Origin: Pirellulales bacterium
Lineage (GTDB): Bacteria; Planctomycetota; Planctomycetia; Pirellulales; PALSA-1355
Assembly (NCBI GenBank): GCA_963733035.1
Contig: CAVTBU010000008.1
Coordinates: forward strand, 352,001 to 416,000
DNA length: 64,000 bases
Direction: 5' to 3'
Positions 12,476 to 22,860 of the stretch are shown one piece after another. The notes below the pieces were generated by a model. It was not told where the DNA came from and did no database searches. It saw only the letters and a program-made list of their open reading frames with translations. Made by a program: the position numbers and the translations under genes. Position 1 is the first letter of the stretch; each line of letters begins with the position of its first letter.

Positions 12476-13100
12476 TGTTCAGCAAAAGCTGCCGCAAGCG
12501 TTCGACTCCCCGAAACCACAATTTACGTACCGCCTCGGGTGATCGCCGCATCCTCGCACCCACCTCGGCAAACGAGAGGTGGTCGCGGCTGCGTAACACG
12601 ATCGCCGTTTTTTGATCTTTGGGCAGTTGATCCAGTGCCCTTTCAACTTCGCTTTGCCTCTCCGCTTTCGATAGCAAGGAGCGCGGCGATGCCGCCTCGT
12701 CTAACAGCCGAGTCGATGCCACCTCGAGCGCTTCGAGCGGTACCTCGCGCGTCATTCGTCGCTTGGCTGCCTGGCCAAAACGGCGTTGCGCACTGACCGC
12801 GTTCCACAACAGAATTTGCCGCAGCCACGCCAAAAGTTCCTCAAATTGGTCGCCGCGGAAACTTGCGAAACCGCGATGGGCATCGAGGGACGTCTCCTGC
12901 ACAAGATCCGATGGCGCGCACTTTACCCGCAATTGCGCCGATATCTCCCGCGTTGCCACTTCATGAAGGTAAACCTGGCAAGCCTGAAGCAAGCAACCCA
13001 AAGCCGCAGCATCGCCTTGCTTGGCCTCGCGAATCCAAGCCTCGACTTGCTCGGGGTTCGGCCCGTCCGTCGCGTTTCGTGACAGGTGCACGGTCGTCAC
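12453..13100 (-). CDS. ECF RNA polymerase sigma factor, planctomycete type
   Basis: PSDLVQET...LLAWLRQIL and LSFAEVGARMRRSPEAVRKLWFRG; overlaps the kinase start. Confidence 0.9.
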   Translation of the reverse strand: MTTVHLSRNATDGPNPEQVEAWIREAKQGDAAALGCLLQACQVYLHEVATREISAQLRVKCAPSDLVQETSLDAHRGFASFRGDQFEELLAWLRQILLWNAVSAQRRFGQAAKRRMTREVPLEALEVASTRLLDEAASPRSLLSKAERQSEVERALDQLPKDQKTAIVLRSRDHLSFAEVGARMRRSPEAVRKLWFRGVERLRQLLLNSDVHDRE

Positions 13101-13665
13101 CTAACTAGCCGCAAAATCAAACAAAAGCGGACGCTCACCACGCCGCCACCCTACCCACTAAGGTCGGTAAGCCCCCTGAATCAATGAGATTGTGAACTAG
13201 TTAGCTGGTATTTTCAAGAAATGCAAAAGTTTGACTTTCCTGTGGCCCAAAAAAGAGCGACTCGGCACATGCAGCAGAACTGACAATGGATAGAAAACAT
13301 CCATTCAAAGAAAGACACCCGAAAAGCTCGCGCCTCAAGACAATGGCATGACACAGGGTGTCATAGCCTCAATTCCGTCCGGCAGGCTGGTTCAGATCCA
13401 CAGTCAGAAAATAGAATCCGCCGCGGAAAGAGCGCAAACCACCAACTTGGTCACAAAGTCGACTTCGGCTAGATCTCCCAACAGGTCCCGCAGGCATGGC
13501 ACTGAAAATAATCCGTGCGGCCTTGGTCCGCGGGACCCACCGAGTAATACTGCATCGCCGACTCCGCGCATTTTGGACAGTCATAAACCGGGCGCTCCGA
13601 GTTTACGCGCCGGCGCCAATCACTTGCGTCCCCCGGTGACCTGCCCCTGATTTTTGGTCCACGGG

Positions 13666-14595
13666 CTATGAGAGTATCGGTTGGGGAACGGGTAACGTGA
13701 CTTCTTCTTGTTTTCGCGTGTGCTGCTGGAGCGGAGGCGCAGCCGCAGCGGAAGCAGCACACGCGGCGGCGAACGACGCCGGGGTCTGGTAGCCGAGACT
13801 GCTGTGCGGCCGCTCGTGGTTGTGCTCCTGCAATCGCCGCCGCGCGAACCATCGCGCTTCAGCTAGGTTGGCGAACTCCTCGCAGTTCAACAGTTCATCG
13901 CGCAGCCGGCTGAAGAACGACTCGGCGTAGCCGTTCTCCCAGGGACTGGCTGGTTCGATATACAGCATCTCCAATCCTGCTCGTTCGCCGTGACGACGGA
14001 TCGCCTGGGCAATGAACTCCGGACCGTTATCGCTGCGGATGTGCCGCGGCACCCCACGCATCAGGAACAGACTCGTCAGCACGTCGACCACGCGATCAGC
14101 CGTAATGCCACGATCGACCTCCAAGGCCAAGCACTCGCGTGTGTATTCGTCGGTGATCGCAAGCCACTTCAACGGTTGTCCTGTCATCGTCCGATCGTGG
14201 ATGAAGTCCCACGTCCACACGTGATCCGGATGCTCCGCACGGCGCCGCACGCAACTGTTGCCGCTGTGGCCCAAACGCCGCTTTTTATGGGTCTTTCTCG
14301 GCACCTTGAAGCCCTCGCGTCGCCACAAGCGATAGATCTTCTTCACGTTCACGTGCCATCCTCGCTGACGCAGCTTGGCCCAGATGAAGCGGTAACCGTA
14401 ACGCGGATACTCACACACCAGCTCGTGCATGCACGCCACCAGACGCTGCTCGCCGGCAGTGTCTTGCCGCGCACAATAACGTTGTGTGCTTCGTGCCACG
14501 CCCAATGCTCTGCACGCCCGACGCTCGGATACACGGCAGCGATCCTGAACATGGCGAACCGCCGCCCGCCGCCGCGTCGGGCTCAGTAGTTTCCC
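13666..14595 (-). CDS. IS3 transposase OrfB (DDE integrase core), expressed by -1 frameshift
   Basis: YPRYGYR, WTWDF, TDEYTRECL, IRSDNGPEF, PWENGYAESF, RPHSSLGYQTP. Confidence 0.95.
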   Translation of the reverse strand, partial: GKLLSPTRRRAAVRHVQDRCRVSERRACRALGVARSTQRYCARQDTAGEQRLVACMHELVCEYPRYGYRFIWAKLRQRGWHVNVKKIYRLWRREGFKVPRKTHKKRRLGHSGNSCVRRRAEHPDHVWTWDFIHDRTMTGQPLKWLAITDEYTRECLALEVDRGITADRVVDVLTSLFLMRGVPRHIRSDNGPEFIAQAIRRHGERAGLEMLYIEPASPWENGYAESFFSRLRDELLNCEEFANLAEARWFARRRLQEHNHERPHSSLGYQTPASFAAACAASAAAAPPLQQHTRKQEEVTLPVPQPILS

Positions 14596-14861
14596 TCCAA
14601 GGCTTCCTTCAAGATCGCCTTGTCGAGCTCGGCCTCGGCCAGCAGCTTCTTCAGCCGCTTGTTCTCGCCTTCCAGCTCCTTCAGCCGCTTGGCCTCCTCG
14701 GCCTTCATCCCGCCGTACTGGTTCCGCCACCGATGGTACGTCTGCTCGCTGATCTCCAGAGCCTGGCACACCTGGCCAATCGTCTTGTCCGCCGACAGCA
14801 TCGCGTCCGCTTCACGCAGCTTCCGAATAATCTGCTCCGGCTTGTGCTTCTTGCCTTTCAT
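14583..14861 (-). CDS. IS3 transposase OrfA (HTH plus leucine zipper)
   Basis: EQIIRKLREAD...ISEQTYHRWRNQYGGM...RLKELEGENKRLKKLLAE. Confidence 0.95.
   Translation of the reverse strand: MKGKKHKPEQIIRKLREADAMLSADKTIGQVCQALEISEQTYHRWRNQYGGMKAEEAKRLKELEGENKRLKKLLAEAELDKAILKEALEGNY
14589..14595 (-). promoter_or_regulatory. Programmed -1 ribosomal frameshift slippery heptamer G GGA AAC
   Basis: X XXY YYZ motif at the end of orfA (gag gga aac tac tga), where orfB lies in the -1 frame. Confidence 0.8.
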
Positions 14862-15052
14862 CGAGAGTCTCCTTGCCCAACAGGGCGTTAGGATCTCTCA
14901 TACCACATGGACCAGTTTTCGGGGAGCAGGCCACCGGGGCTCGTGCCGCTGGCGAGTTGTGAAACACCAATCCGTCGGACATGCGCCGAGCATCGCGGCT
15001 CGAGGTTCGCAAAAGATCGTCTTGCTTCATTTTGCGTGCCCTTTCGAGATCC

Positions 15053-15316
15053 CTAAGATCGTCGCCTGCGTGCACGTTTGTCAGGCGGAGTGCCGTGGTC
15101 AGCGGTCGTACTCTGCCCGCTGTCAGAGTTTCCGTGCCCTAACTCGCGCCGCTCGTGATCGGTCAATCGTTCAAGCACTTCCTGGCGATAGATTGGGACG
15201 TCGCGCGGAGCGGTGATGCCCAGGCGAATGAATTGCCCGCTGAAGTCCAAGACCGTAACGACAATGTCGCCTCCAATCAGAATCCTTTCGTTTTCCTTCC
15301 GAGTCAAAACCAACAT
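15053..15316 (-). CDS. csrA: Carbon storage regulator (CsrA/RsmA family RNA-binding protein)
   Basis: MLVLTRKENERILIGGDIVVTVL...IRLGITAPRDVPIYRQEV. Confidence 0.92.
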   Translation of the reverse strand: MLVLTRKENERILIGGDIVVTVLDFSGQFIRLGITAPRDVPIYRQEVLERLTDHERRELGHGNSDSGQSTTADHGTPPDKRARRRRS

Positions 15317-15434
15317 CGTTTTGTTCCTAACGCTCGGCTCCGTTGAAGGCTACCGGAAAAATCACGTTAACCTTGGTCCTTGCGTCTATAGCCTGGGGAA
15401 CCCGAATACTAATTCGACGCTTGGATTTGGCACT

Positions 15435-15737
15435 TCAACCCGTTGCCGTCGAGGAGCCGGTTTGGTCAGAAGCGTTTGTTACTCTCAAACGATTCTCGAT
15501 TTGGCCCACACCCGGAGTATGGGATGCTAGCTCCTGTGCCACCTGTTTCAGGTGGAATGTGGGTACTATCCCTGAAAGTATGGTCACGCCATCGCAAACC
15601 TCGCATTTGACACCCCGCAGAAATGGATATCCGCTCCGGCGCAGTCGATTGGCAATCAGGTTCGCCGGATCTTCTCGGGGCGGATCGATTCGCCGGATCG
15701 GTTCGTCTTGGTGGCTGTTCGTGAAGCGTGACATCAC
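15435..15737 (-). CDS. BON domain protein
   Basis: VKCEVCDGVTILSGIVPTFHLKQVAQELASHTPGVGQIENRLRV; AGGAGG RBS. Confidence 0.85.
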   Translation of the reverse strand: MMSRFTNSHQDEPIRRIDPPREDPANLIANRLRRSGYPFLRGVKCEVCDGVTILSGIVPTFHLKQVAQELASHTPGVGQIENRLRVTNASDQTGSSTATG

Positions 15738-16352
15738 ACTGGCCTCCTAAAGTTGCATATCAACAGGATGATTACTTTTTCGTAATGTACATCAGCTTGT
15801 GCCGCTTTGCAATCACGTAAATGCATCGACACTCATTTCTGCAAAACAACTTGCGTCGATATGGTGGTATCGAAAACTCACACGTTGGGTGATGTAAATA
15901 TCAGTTTTGTGCGAGCTCACGCCGCACTCCGGGAATCACCGGTGCGTCGAACTCCACGGGCGCGAAAGAGTGATCGTCGACGAGTATTGTCGGAAGGAAT
16001 GACCGTAAACCCGTGCACCACAACGCGAATTACTGTGCAACTGCTCGGGCGATTGCTCGTAAATCCGGATCGCGGACAGTCCTGTCCCGGCCGAACGTGT
16101 CGACGCCGTAGCGGCCGTTGGATTGCATTCCAGCCGATTTCGGGTGCCTCTGACTTCGCAATTGATGGACAGAAGAACGTGCCCGAGTATCAGTTCAATC
16201 AAAGAAGCGTTGCTCGTTCCGCTTCAGCGCCTCACGGATGCACTGGATCGCTTTCGGTCCCATCCCATGCCAGCTTCAAGAGATCCGCCCGTGATTGAAT
16301 CCCGCCGACTCCAACCGCACATCTGTGCCGTCGGAAGTAGGAGCGTCGGCCG

Positions 16353-17186
16353 TCACTCCTTAATCGCAATCCAAATCTCGAGGCCCCCCAGGCCGGTTGT
16401 CGGATTGAACTGCACCCCATAATACTCAATCGTTGGTGCTTCGACGGCCTCGTATCCCGAGTGGGGAAACCATTGGCTCCAAATCGCGCTGAACGTGCCG
16501 CGAATTCCTGCGACGTGGCCCGGGTGCGAGAAGATCGCATACAACTGCTCTGGTACGCGCAGGCTGCAAAAGCCGCTGGGCTGCTGTTCCGAGTCCTTTA
16601 CCTCGACCCCACTCAGGTAGTCGAAATTGCTCTCTCGGTCGAAGTTGTAGCACACGCCATAGGCCGCCTCTCCAAGTTGTCCGGGAATGTTTCCCAGGTA
16701 AGGATGGAACCGCTGCCACTGGTCGGGAATCCCCACCGGCGCCTGGCATGGGTAACGCTCGACGATTCCGGCAATCAGCAACGGCCCGCGAGTCTCGATG
16801 CGCGGAGGAGTCAGTTCGGTAGCAGGTGTCGAGTTCATGGGAATGGTCTCCACAAGTTGAATATCCTTGAGGTGTCCCCGAGCCCGGACTTGCTGGGGAG
16901 TCATGTCGAACTGGTCGCGGAACGCGCGCGAAAACGCCTCGTGCGAACCGTATCCGGCCTGGAGAGCAACCGTCAGGATGTCGTCAGCCCCCTCGGCCAG
17001 CCGCTGGGCCGCATCGCTCAGCCGTCGGCCCCGCACATACCGCATCAGCGACATCCCTGCCGTCGCGGCAAACGCTCGCGTCAGATGGAAGCTGGAAACA
17101 TGGCACTCCCTGGCGATCGCCTCCAGCGTGATCGGCTGTCGCGAGTGGCTTTCGACGAACCAAATTGCCTTCCGAACCGGATCCAT
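16353..17186 (-). CDS. AraC-family regulator with GyrI-like effector domain (Rob-like)
   Basis: N-terminal double HTH (SSFHLTRAF...GYGSHEAFSRAFR) and C-terminal YAIFSH...IWSQWFP...EIWIAI. Confidence 0.9.
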   Translation of the reverse strand: MDPVRKAIWFVESHSRQPITLEAIARECHVSSFHLTRAFAATAGMSLMRYVRGRRLSDAAQRLAEGADDILTVALQAGYGSHEAFSRAFRDQFDMTPQQVRARGHLKDIQLVETIPMNSTPATELTPPRIETRGPLLIAGIVERYPCQAPVGIPDQWQRFHPYLGNIPGQLGEAAYGVCYNFDRESNFDYLSGVEVKDSEQQPSGFCSLRVPEQLYAIFSHPGHVAGIRGTFSAIWSQWFPHSGYEAVEAPTIEYYGVQFNPTTGLGGLEIWIAIKE

Positions 17187-17462
17187 ACGTGCACCTCAAA
17201 AACCAATCCCGGCACTCTACCGTCAACGCAATTCGGCCGCTTGACAGTTCTTGCTATCTTGCCGGAAATCGAACCAGCAGACGATCTGCCCGGCGCCCAT
17301 CCACCGGAATGTTGAAACCACTCCGGCCGTGAGCAACGTCCCACCACAAACTTAGCAGACTGGCGCGTTGCAATTCGCATTTAGCCGGTCGTATCATAGG
17401 ACTCGTCGCCTGCCGATCGGCGACCCTACGGCTCGCTCGCTGTTTTGAAAGGATGACCCGCC

Positions 17463-19757
17463 ATGAAACGCATCGCCTCGCTCAGCCTGCTGGTCTGCTG
17501 GCTGGCGGCTTCGCCCCTCGCGGCCGCGGCCAAAGATTCTCTACCGGTCGTCACCGAGCTCGAATGGCAGCCGCTAGCCGCGCAGGTGCGGCGGGTGGTG
17601 CAGGCCCTGGATCGGGTCGGCTCGCCACTCAGTAATACGCAACAAGCGGCCATCGATCGGGCGCTCTCTGAATCCGATCCGTCAAAAGCCGTCGCGGCCG
17701 TGCAAAAGGTGCTCGATCCCTTGTGCCTGGTCGGTGTGAACGTCAATCCCGAAAGCCGCGTGAAGGTGGCGCCGGGCGAAGCCCCGCCGACGCTGGTCCA
17801 GCAAGGGCACCGCGTGTTTCTCGTCAAAGTGCACAACGAAGCCGGTGTCACGGCCGCGCTGCGGGTTTCGAGTCCCAATGCCGAGCCGCTGGTCAAACGT
17901 TCGACCGGGAGCCCCGACCCCGAGGTCACGATCAAACCGAACGAAGTCGGAGAGCGGTGGCTCGACGTGTCGATGCTCGACGGACAGCCGCTCAACAAAA
18001 CGCTCTCGGGCCTGCCGCTCGAGTATCGCCTGATTGAGCTCTATAGTCGCGACGTCGGCCGCCGCGAAGCCAAGCTGTTGTTCGACGTGGGGCAGGGCAC
18101 CCAAGACCTCGGTTTCCGCAACGAGGTGAACATCCTGTTCCGTTGCGAGCCGGCCGTGGAAGTGAAACTCGAGATCCTGGACGACGACGAACAGCCCACG
18201 ACCGCCCATTTTGTGATTCGCGACGGCCAAAATTGCGTTTATCCTTCGATGGCCCGGCGTTTGGCGCCCGACTTTTTCTTCCACGAACAGATCTATCGCC
18301 ACAGCGGAGAAAGCGTAATGCTGCCACCGGGCGAGTATACCGTGACGTACGGACGTGGACCCGAATATCGCGTCCTCACCCGCGAGATCTCCGTGCCCGA
18401 CTCCGTCTCGCATAAAGAGACGTTTCGTCTGCGGCGATGGATCAAGCTCGCCGATCACGGCTGGTACTCGGGCGACCATCACATCCACGCGGCCGGCTGT
18501 GCCCACTACGAGTCGCCGGCCGAGGGCGTACAGCCGGTTGACATGATGCGGCACATTCTGGGCGAAGATCTGAACGTCGGTTGCGTGCTATCGTGGGGGC
18601 CATGCTGGTACTTCCAGAAGCAATACTTCGAGGGAAAGGTCCACGAGCTGTCGCAGCCCGGCAACCTGATGCGCTACGACGTCGAGGTTTCCGGCTTCCC
18701 CAGCTCGCACTGTGGTCACTTGTGCCTGCTCAGGCTGAGCGAAGACGACTATCCCGGTACCACGCGAATCGAAGAGTGGCCAAGCTGGGACCTGCCGGTT
18801 TTGAAGTGGGGGAAAGAACAGGGGGGCGTCGTTGGCTTTTCACATAGCGGTTGGGGGTTGCAGGTGCCGGCCACCAGCCTGCCGACGTACGACATGCCGA
18901 ATTTCGACGGTATCGGCGCGAACGAATACATCGTCGATGTCGTGCACGGCGTCTGCGACTTTATCTCCGCAGTCGATACGCCCGCCGTTTGGGAACTCAA
19001 CATCTGGTACCACACCCTCAACTGTGGCTACGACTGCCGAATCAGCGGCGAAACGGATTTCCCTTGCATTTACGGCGACAAAGTTGGGCTAGGTCGAGCT
19101 TACGTCAAGCTGCCCAAGGACCAGCCGCTCGACTACGACCGCTGGGTCATGCAGCTCAAAGACGGCGCCAGCTACTGCACCGATGGTCTCAGCCACTTGT
19201 TTGACTTTTCCGTCAACGGACTGGGCGTCGGCGAGAAAGGGGAGCCGGGCCAGCCGAGCCTGCTACAGATCAAGTCCGGTGATCGGCTGGCGATCATCGT
19301 GCAAGCGGCGGCGCTTCTGGCCGACAAACCAAACGAGGAGATTCGCAAAACGCCGCTCGACCAGAAACCATACTGGCACGTCGAACGGGCCCGTATCGGC
19401 AACACCAACAAGGTGCCTGTCGAACTCATCGTTAACGGCCAGGCCGTCGAACGACAGGAGTTGGTGGCCGACGGCGAAATCCGCGAGTTGAAGTTCGACT
19501 ACCAGCCCGACTGCTCCAGTTGGGTGGCAATTCGCGTCTTCCCCAGTTCGCACACGAACCCCGTGTTCGTCGAACTGGATGGCCAACCGATTCGAGCCAG
19601 CAAAAAGAGCGCCCAATGGTGTCTCGACGCCGTTGACGTCTGCTGGAAACAGAAGGTCAAGCGTATTCGTCCCGAGGAACAGCCGGCCGCGGCCGAAGCG
19701 TTCGACGGGGCTCGCAAGGCCTATTCCAAAATCTTGTCCGAAGCGAAGAATGACTGA
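17463..19757 (+). CDS. Secreted CehA/McbA-family (PHP-like) metallohydrolase
   Basis: Signal peptide; WYSGDHHIH, SHCGHL, FSHSGWG, GETDFP, SHTNPVFV. Confidence 0.75.
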   Translation: MKRIASLSLLVCWLAASPLAAAAKDSLPVVTELEWQPLAAQVRRVVQALDRVGSPLSNTQQAAIDRALSESDPSKAVAAVQKVLDPLCLVGVNVNPESRVKVAPGEAPPTLVQQGHRVFLVKVHNEAGVTAALRVSSPNAEPLVKRSTGSPDPEVTIKPNEVGERWLDVSMLDGQPLNKTLSGLPLEYRLIELYSRDVGRREAKLLFDVGQGTQDLGFRNEVNILFRCEPAVEVKLEILDDDEQPTTAHFVIRDGQNCVYPSMARRLAPDFFFHEQIYRHSGESVMLPPGEYTVTYGRGPEYRVLTREISVPDSVSHKETFRLRRWIKLADHGWYSGDHHIHAAGCAHYESPAEGVQPVDMMRHILGEDLNVGCVLSWGPCWYFQKQYFEGKVHELSQPGNLMRYDVEVSGFPSSHCGHLCLLRLSEDDYPGTTRIEEWPSWDLPVLKWGKEQGGVVGFSHSGWGLQVPATSLPTYDMPNFDGIGANEYIVDVVHGVCDFISAVDTPAVWELNIWYHTLNCGYDCRISGETDFPCIYGDKVGLGRAYVKLPKDQPLDYDRWVMQLKDGASYCTDGLSHLFDFSVNGLGVGEKGEPGQPSLLQIKSGDRLAIIVQAAALLADKPNEEIRKTPLDQKPYWHVERARIGNTNKVPVELIVNGQAVERQELVADGEIRELKFDYQPDCSSWVAIRVFPSSHTNPVFVELDGQPIRASKKSAQWCLDAVDVCWKQKVKRIRPEEQPAAAEAFDGARKAYSKILSEAKND

Positions 19758-19938
19758 TGGGCTCGGGCGGTGCCGGTCGTTCCGGTCTTGCCGGTCCTGA
19801 ACCGCAGGTTATAGCTCCTGCGCGGCACGTCCCGCCGGACGCGAGGCATTGCGGCCCGCCAGCCGATATCGGTAAGGAGGCACCTACCCGATGCGGCCAA
19901 CGCCGCGACACGCAACTTTCCAGTTACGACCGAACCCA

Positions 19939-20448
19939 ATGACACCTATGCTCTCACGAGTTGCAATCGCCGTCGCATGCGTCCTTTGCCTGATGAAGTA
20001 TCCAAGCCTCCACGCGGCTGGTTTGGACCCGGAAACGAACATCGACGGCTTTGACCCCGCGGCTGAGTCGTTCCGAGTCAACGAAGCTCGTCGATTGAAT
20101 CAAATCTCGCGGCAGCTTGATTTGAACTACCGCATGATTTGGGAGCACGGCTTCAATCCGGCCAACCCGCCGGTTCGACAACCGATCGGGTATGAGTCGA
20201 AGCAGGTGTCACCCAACAGATGGATCTATCGACCCGTATATCCCGAGCAAGTCACGCCGCAGCCAGAAAGCGGACCCGAGTTGTTGCCGTTGCCCAGCGC
20301 AGCGGCTCCGCCGACGGTCCAGCCAAAACCTGCAGCCCAAGCGCCGGGTCCGGCAGACGCCCAGTCGGGCGATCGCATCGTGCGCCCAAATCCCTTGCGC
20401 CCGAATTCAGCGCCGCAGCCGTTGCCGCGTGGGCCACGCGAATTCTAA
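19939..20448 (+). CDS. Hypothetical secreted proline-rich protein
   Basis: Signal-like N-terminus; VRQPIGYES...RWIYRPVY core; Pro-rich tail ending GPREF. Confidence 0.6.
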   Translation: MTPMLSRVAIAVACVLCLMKYPSLHAAGLDPETNIDGFDPAAESFRVNEARRLNQISRQLDLNYRMIWEHGFNPANPPVRQPIGYESKQVSPNRWIYRPVYPEQVTPQPESGPELLPLPSAAAPPTVQPKPAAQAPGPADAQSGDRIVRPNPLRPNSAPQPLPRGPREF

Positions 20449-20489
20449 GACAATCGCCCGCTGGCTCGCCCTCTCGAAGGACCTGCCGA

Positions 20490-22288
20490 CTACGTCTTTG
20501 TCTTGATCCCCTCCAGCGGACCGGCGTCTGGTGCCCCCGTCGCGTCTTGCTTTTCGCTCGCGGCTGGCGCAGGCTTGGGATCGGCGGCTTTATCGGTCGC
20601 GGTCGCCCCGGCGGCATCTCCCTCGGGGGCATCGGGCTTGGCATCGACATCCATGGTCTTGCCGACGCCCTCAATAAATTGGTAACCAGAGTAGATGGGC
20701 AAGTGCCGGTAGTAAACTTCAAGCATGTAGATGGAGAGGCAGGTCATATATAGGCGACCGTTCCATCCGCCCCACTTGTCTCCCACGTTGTCCCAACTAC
20801 CCGCTTCGGGGCCTTCCTTGACTTGCTTCTCGGGGACGATCTGGCGCATATTTTTATTCCAGTCGTCCCAAATCGTACCTTCCATATGATGAGCGGCCTG
20901 GGTGGCATAGTACCAGTAGTAGACGTCGTGGTCGACGCCCAGGTCGTACGCGATGGGATTGTTCTGAACCAGCGAGGAAATGCCGTCGACGAGTCTGGGA
21001 TCGTCCTGCCTCCAGCCCAGGTATTGGCGGCACAATAGCCCCTCGGCGCAAACCGCCTTGGACTCCTGCTTGTCGAGCAGATAACCGTAGCGGCGCCCGT
21101 CATCGATCTGCGCGGCGTCCAAATAGTCGCTGACACGGTTCAACACGTCCCGGGGCACGCTCAGCTTGGCCATCCTCGCGCTTTTGTAGCGCCATCACAA
21201 ACCAGCCAGTTACCGACGTATCCGAACCCCGTCGCGGACTGTATCGCCAACCACCCTCCTGCTGGTCCTGGGCCTGCACCGCAAAGGCGATAGCCCGTTC
21301 CGCCGGCGCGAAGCTGCGAGTCGCCGGTCATGCCATAGAGCTCGCAGAGGGCGATGGTGCCTTGCGCATGGGTATAAAGCATTTGGGTTTCCAGTCCCAT
21401 CCGGCCGCTAAACAAACCATCGGCGCGTTGCATCTTTAACAAAGCTTCCCATCCATGGGCCACGACTTTGGAATACTTTCCCTCACGGTGCGTCTCGCCG
21501 TGCCCCTGAAACGCTAGCAGCGCCATGGCCGTGGCGGCCGGCACGTTCTCCGATGCGGCTTCGCCTTCGTACGGGCCCTGCAAGCTCCAACTGCCGTCCT
21601 TTTTCTGTTGTTTGGCCAACCACGCCAGTCCAGCTTCGACGGCCTTTTCGGTCGCCGCCGTGCCGCCATAACGTTTCAAAAGCGCGTTGCGAGTGCCCGC
21701 TTGGCGCCCTTTGAGCGCCATGCCGATCGGGGCCATTTGAATCGTGGTGGTCGCGGCAGGCGCCGTGGGTCGAACCGCCAGTTCCATCGGCGCTAGCTCC
21801 GGGGGCACCGCCAAGGGGTCTTCGACAGGCGTCAAATCCGGCGGCGTGATGATTTGTTCCGGCAGCATCTCCAGTTCGGTTGACTCGCTTTCCAATACCG
21901 AGGCGTCGTCCATCTGTTCGCCCAAATCCTCGGCATAAGTGACTTCCACCTGCAAATTGTTGGACCGCGCACGCACGCTAAACGCGAGTAAACCCAACAC
22001 GATCAAGAGCAGCATGTGAAAGACGGTGCTGACAAGCCAAGCCGGAGCATTCCGCAGGATCTCCCTGAGATCCGTATCCTCCTCGTCCTCCAGGTCCTCC
22101 TCGTCGTCCGCGTCCGGCAGGTCCCCTGCCGTGCGCGGCTTTAGCAGAATCGGGCGATTCGAATATGCGCCGCCAGGACCTCGCGGCGTGCCTGGGTAGG
22201 TCGGGCCCGCAGGCAGCGGGCGACTACCGCCCGCGCCGGAACGCGGCGGCATGCTTTGGCCAGGTCGATAGTCCTCAGGCACGGCCAT
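20490..22288 (-). CDS. Membrane-anchored prenyltransferase/squalene-cyclase-repeat protein; two frameshifts (~21305, ~21183)
   Basis: AWLVSTVFH TM; GLAWLAKQQKKDGSW; hidden middle frame QAQDQQEGGWRYSPRRGSDTSVTGWFVMALQ; YYWYYATQ; LEVYYRHLPIY. Confidence 0.8.
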
Positions 22289-22681
22289 ATTAATCGCTCC
22301 ACCCTTTCTGGCCCCCTGGCGCGCATGGCAAGCGCCCCGCCGCCGGCATGCGGCCGGAATGGCCATCGGATGGCAATAAAGAGATGCTACTTCTCCAAGA
22401 ATATCCCAACTTGGAGTTTAGCAACTACAAACTTACGGCGCCAAGCAAGATGACGCGCCAGCCAACGATCCCTGCGGCGATTTGAGTGCCGAACCGACGC
22501 GACGTGTCCCCGCCCGAGCCAATTTAGCCGATTTTGACGAGCAATCCGGCCGCACGCCCAGGTCGATCGCCCCTCTTCCAAGCGTCCGGCCCTCGACGGA
22601 ATCACGCAGTGGCGTTACAATCAGGTTTTGGCAACGCGAGTGGGCGTTGGACAGCTAGCCTGCCGAAAAACAAATACACAT

Positions 22682-22755
<74 letters not shown>

Positions 22756-22762
22756 TTCACAT

Positions 22763-22797
22763 AACCCCCGGGTCGCAAGCGCGGCCGCGGGGGTTTT
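22763..22797 (+). terminator. Putative intrinsic terminator after the tRNA (repeat copy 1)
   Basis: AACCCCCG-GGTCGC...GCGGCCG-CGGGGGTT hairpin followed by TT. Confidence 0.65.
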
Positions 22798-22860
22798 GTC
22801 TGCTTATATAAGAAGGGGATCTGTTGATCGCCGCGCGCTGCAACGAAAGGCCACGGTGGA

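Larger units (their letters stand above)
13637..14933 (-). mobile_element. IS3-family insertion sequence (IS407-group-like), 1297 bp, apparently intact
   Basis: TG...CA ends; imperfect IRs TGACCTGCCCCTGATTTTTGGTCCA and (reverse complement) TGGCCTGCTCCCCGAAAACTGGTCCA; 4-bp target duplication CCGG at 13633-13636 and 14934-14937; orfA/orfB layout. Confidence 0.95.
13469..15030 (-). pseudogene. Small zinc-ribbon protein gene (86 aa when rejoined) interrupted by the IS3-family element
   Basis: Removing 13637-14933 and one CCGG copy joins 15030-14934 to 13632-13469 in frame (261 nt): MKQDDLL...AARAP-GDASDW...CPKC...CHACGTCWEI*. Confidence 0.7.

Noticed and set aside
15750..16350. Possible gene or repeat element between BON and AraC genes (ATCGAC...GTCGAT inverted ends at ~15825-15860)
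   Set aside because: No protein-like ORF, and the inverted repeat is too short and not repeated elsewhere in the window.
19939..20448. Signal peptide plus C-terminal PRGPREF as a second arrest-peptide leader
   Set aside because: Motif is not RAPP/RGPP, there is no CxxC, and the next gene is convergent, so there is nothing to regulate in cis.
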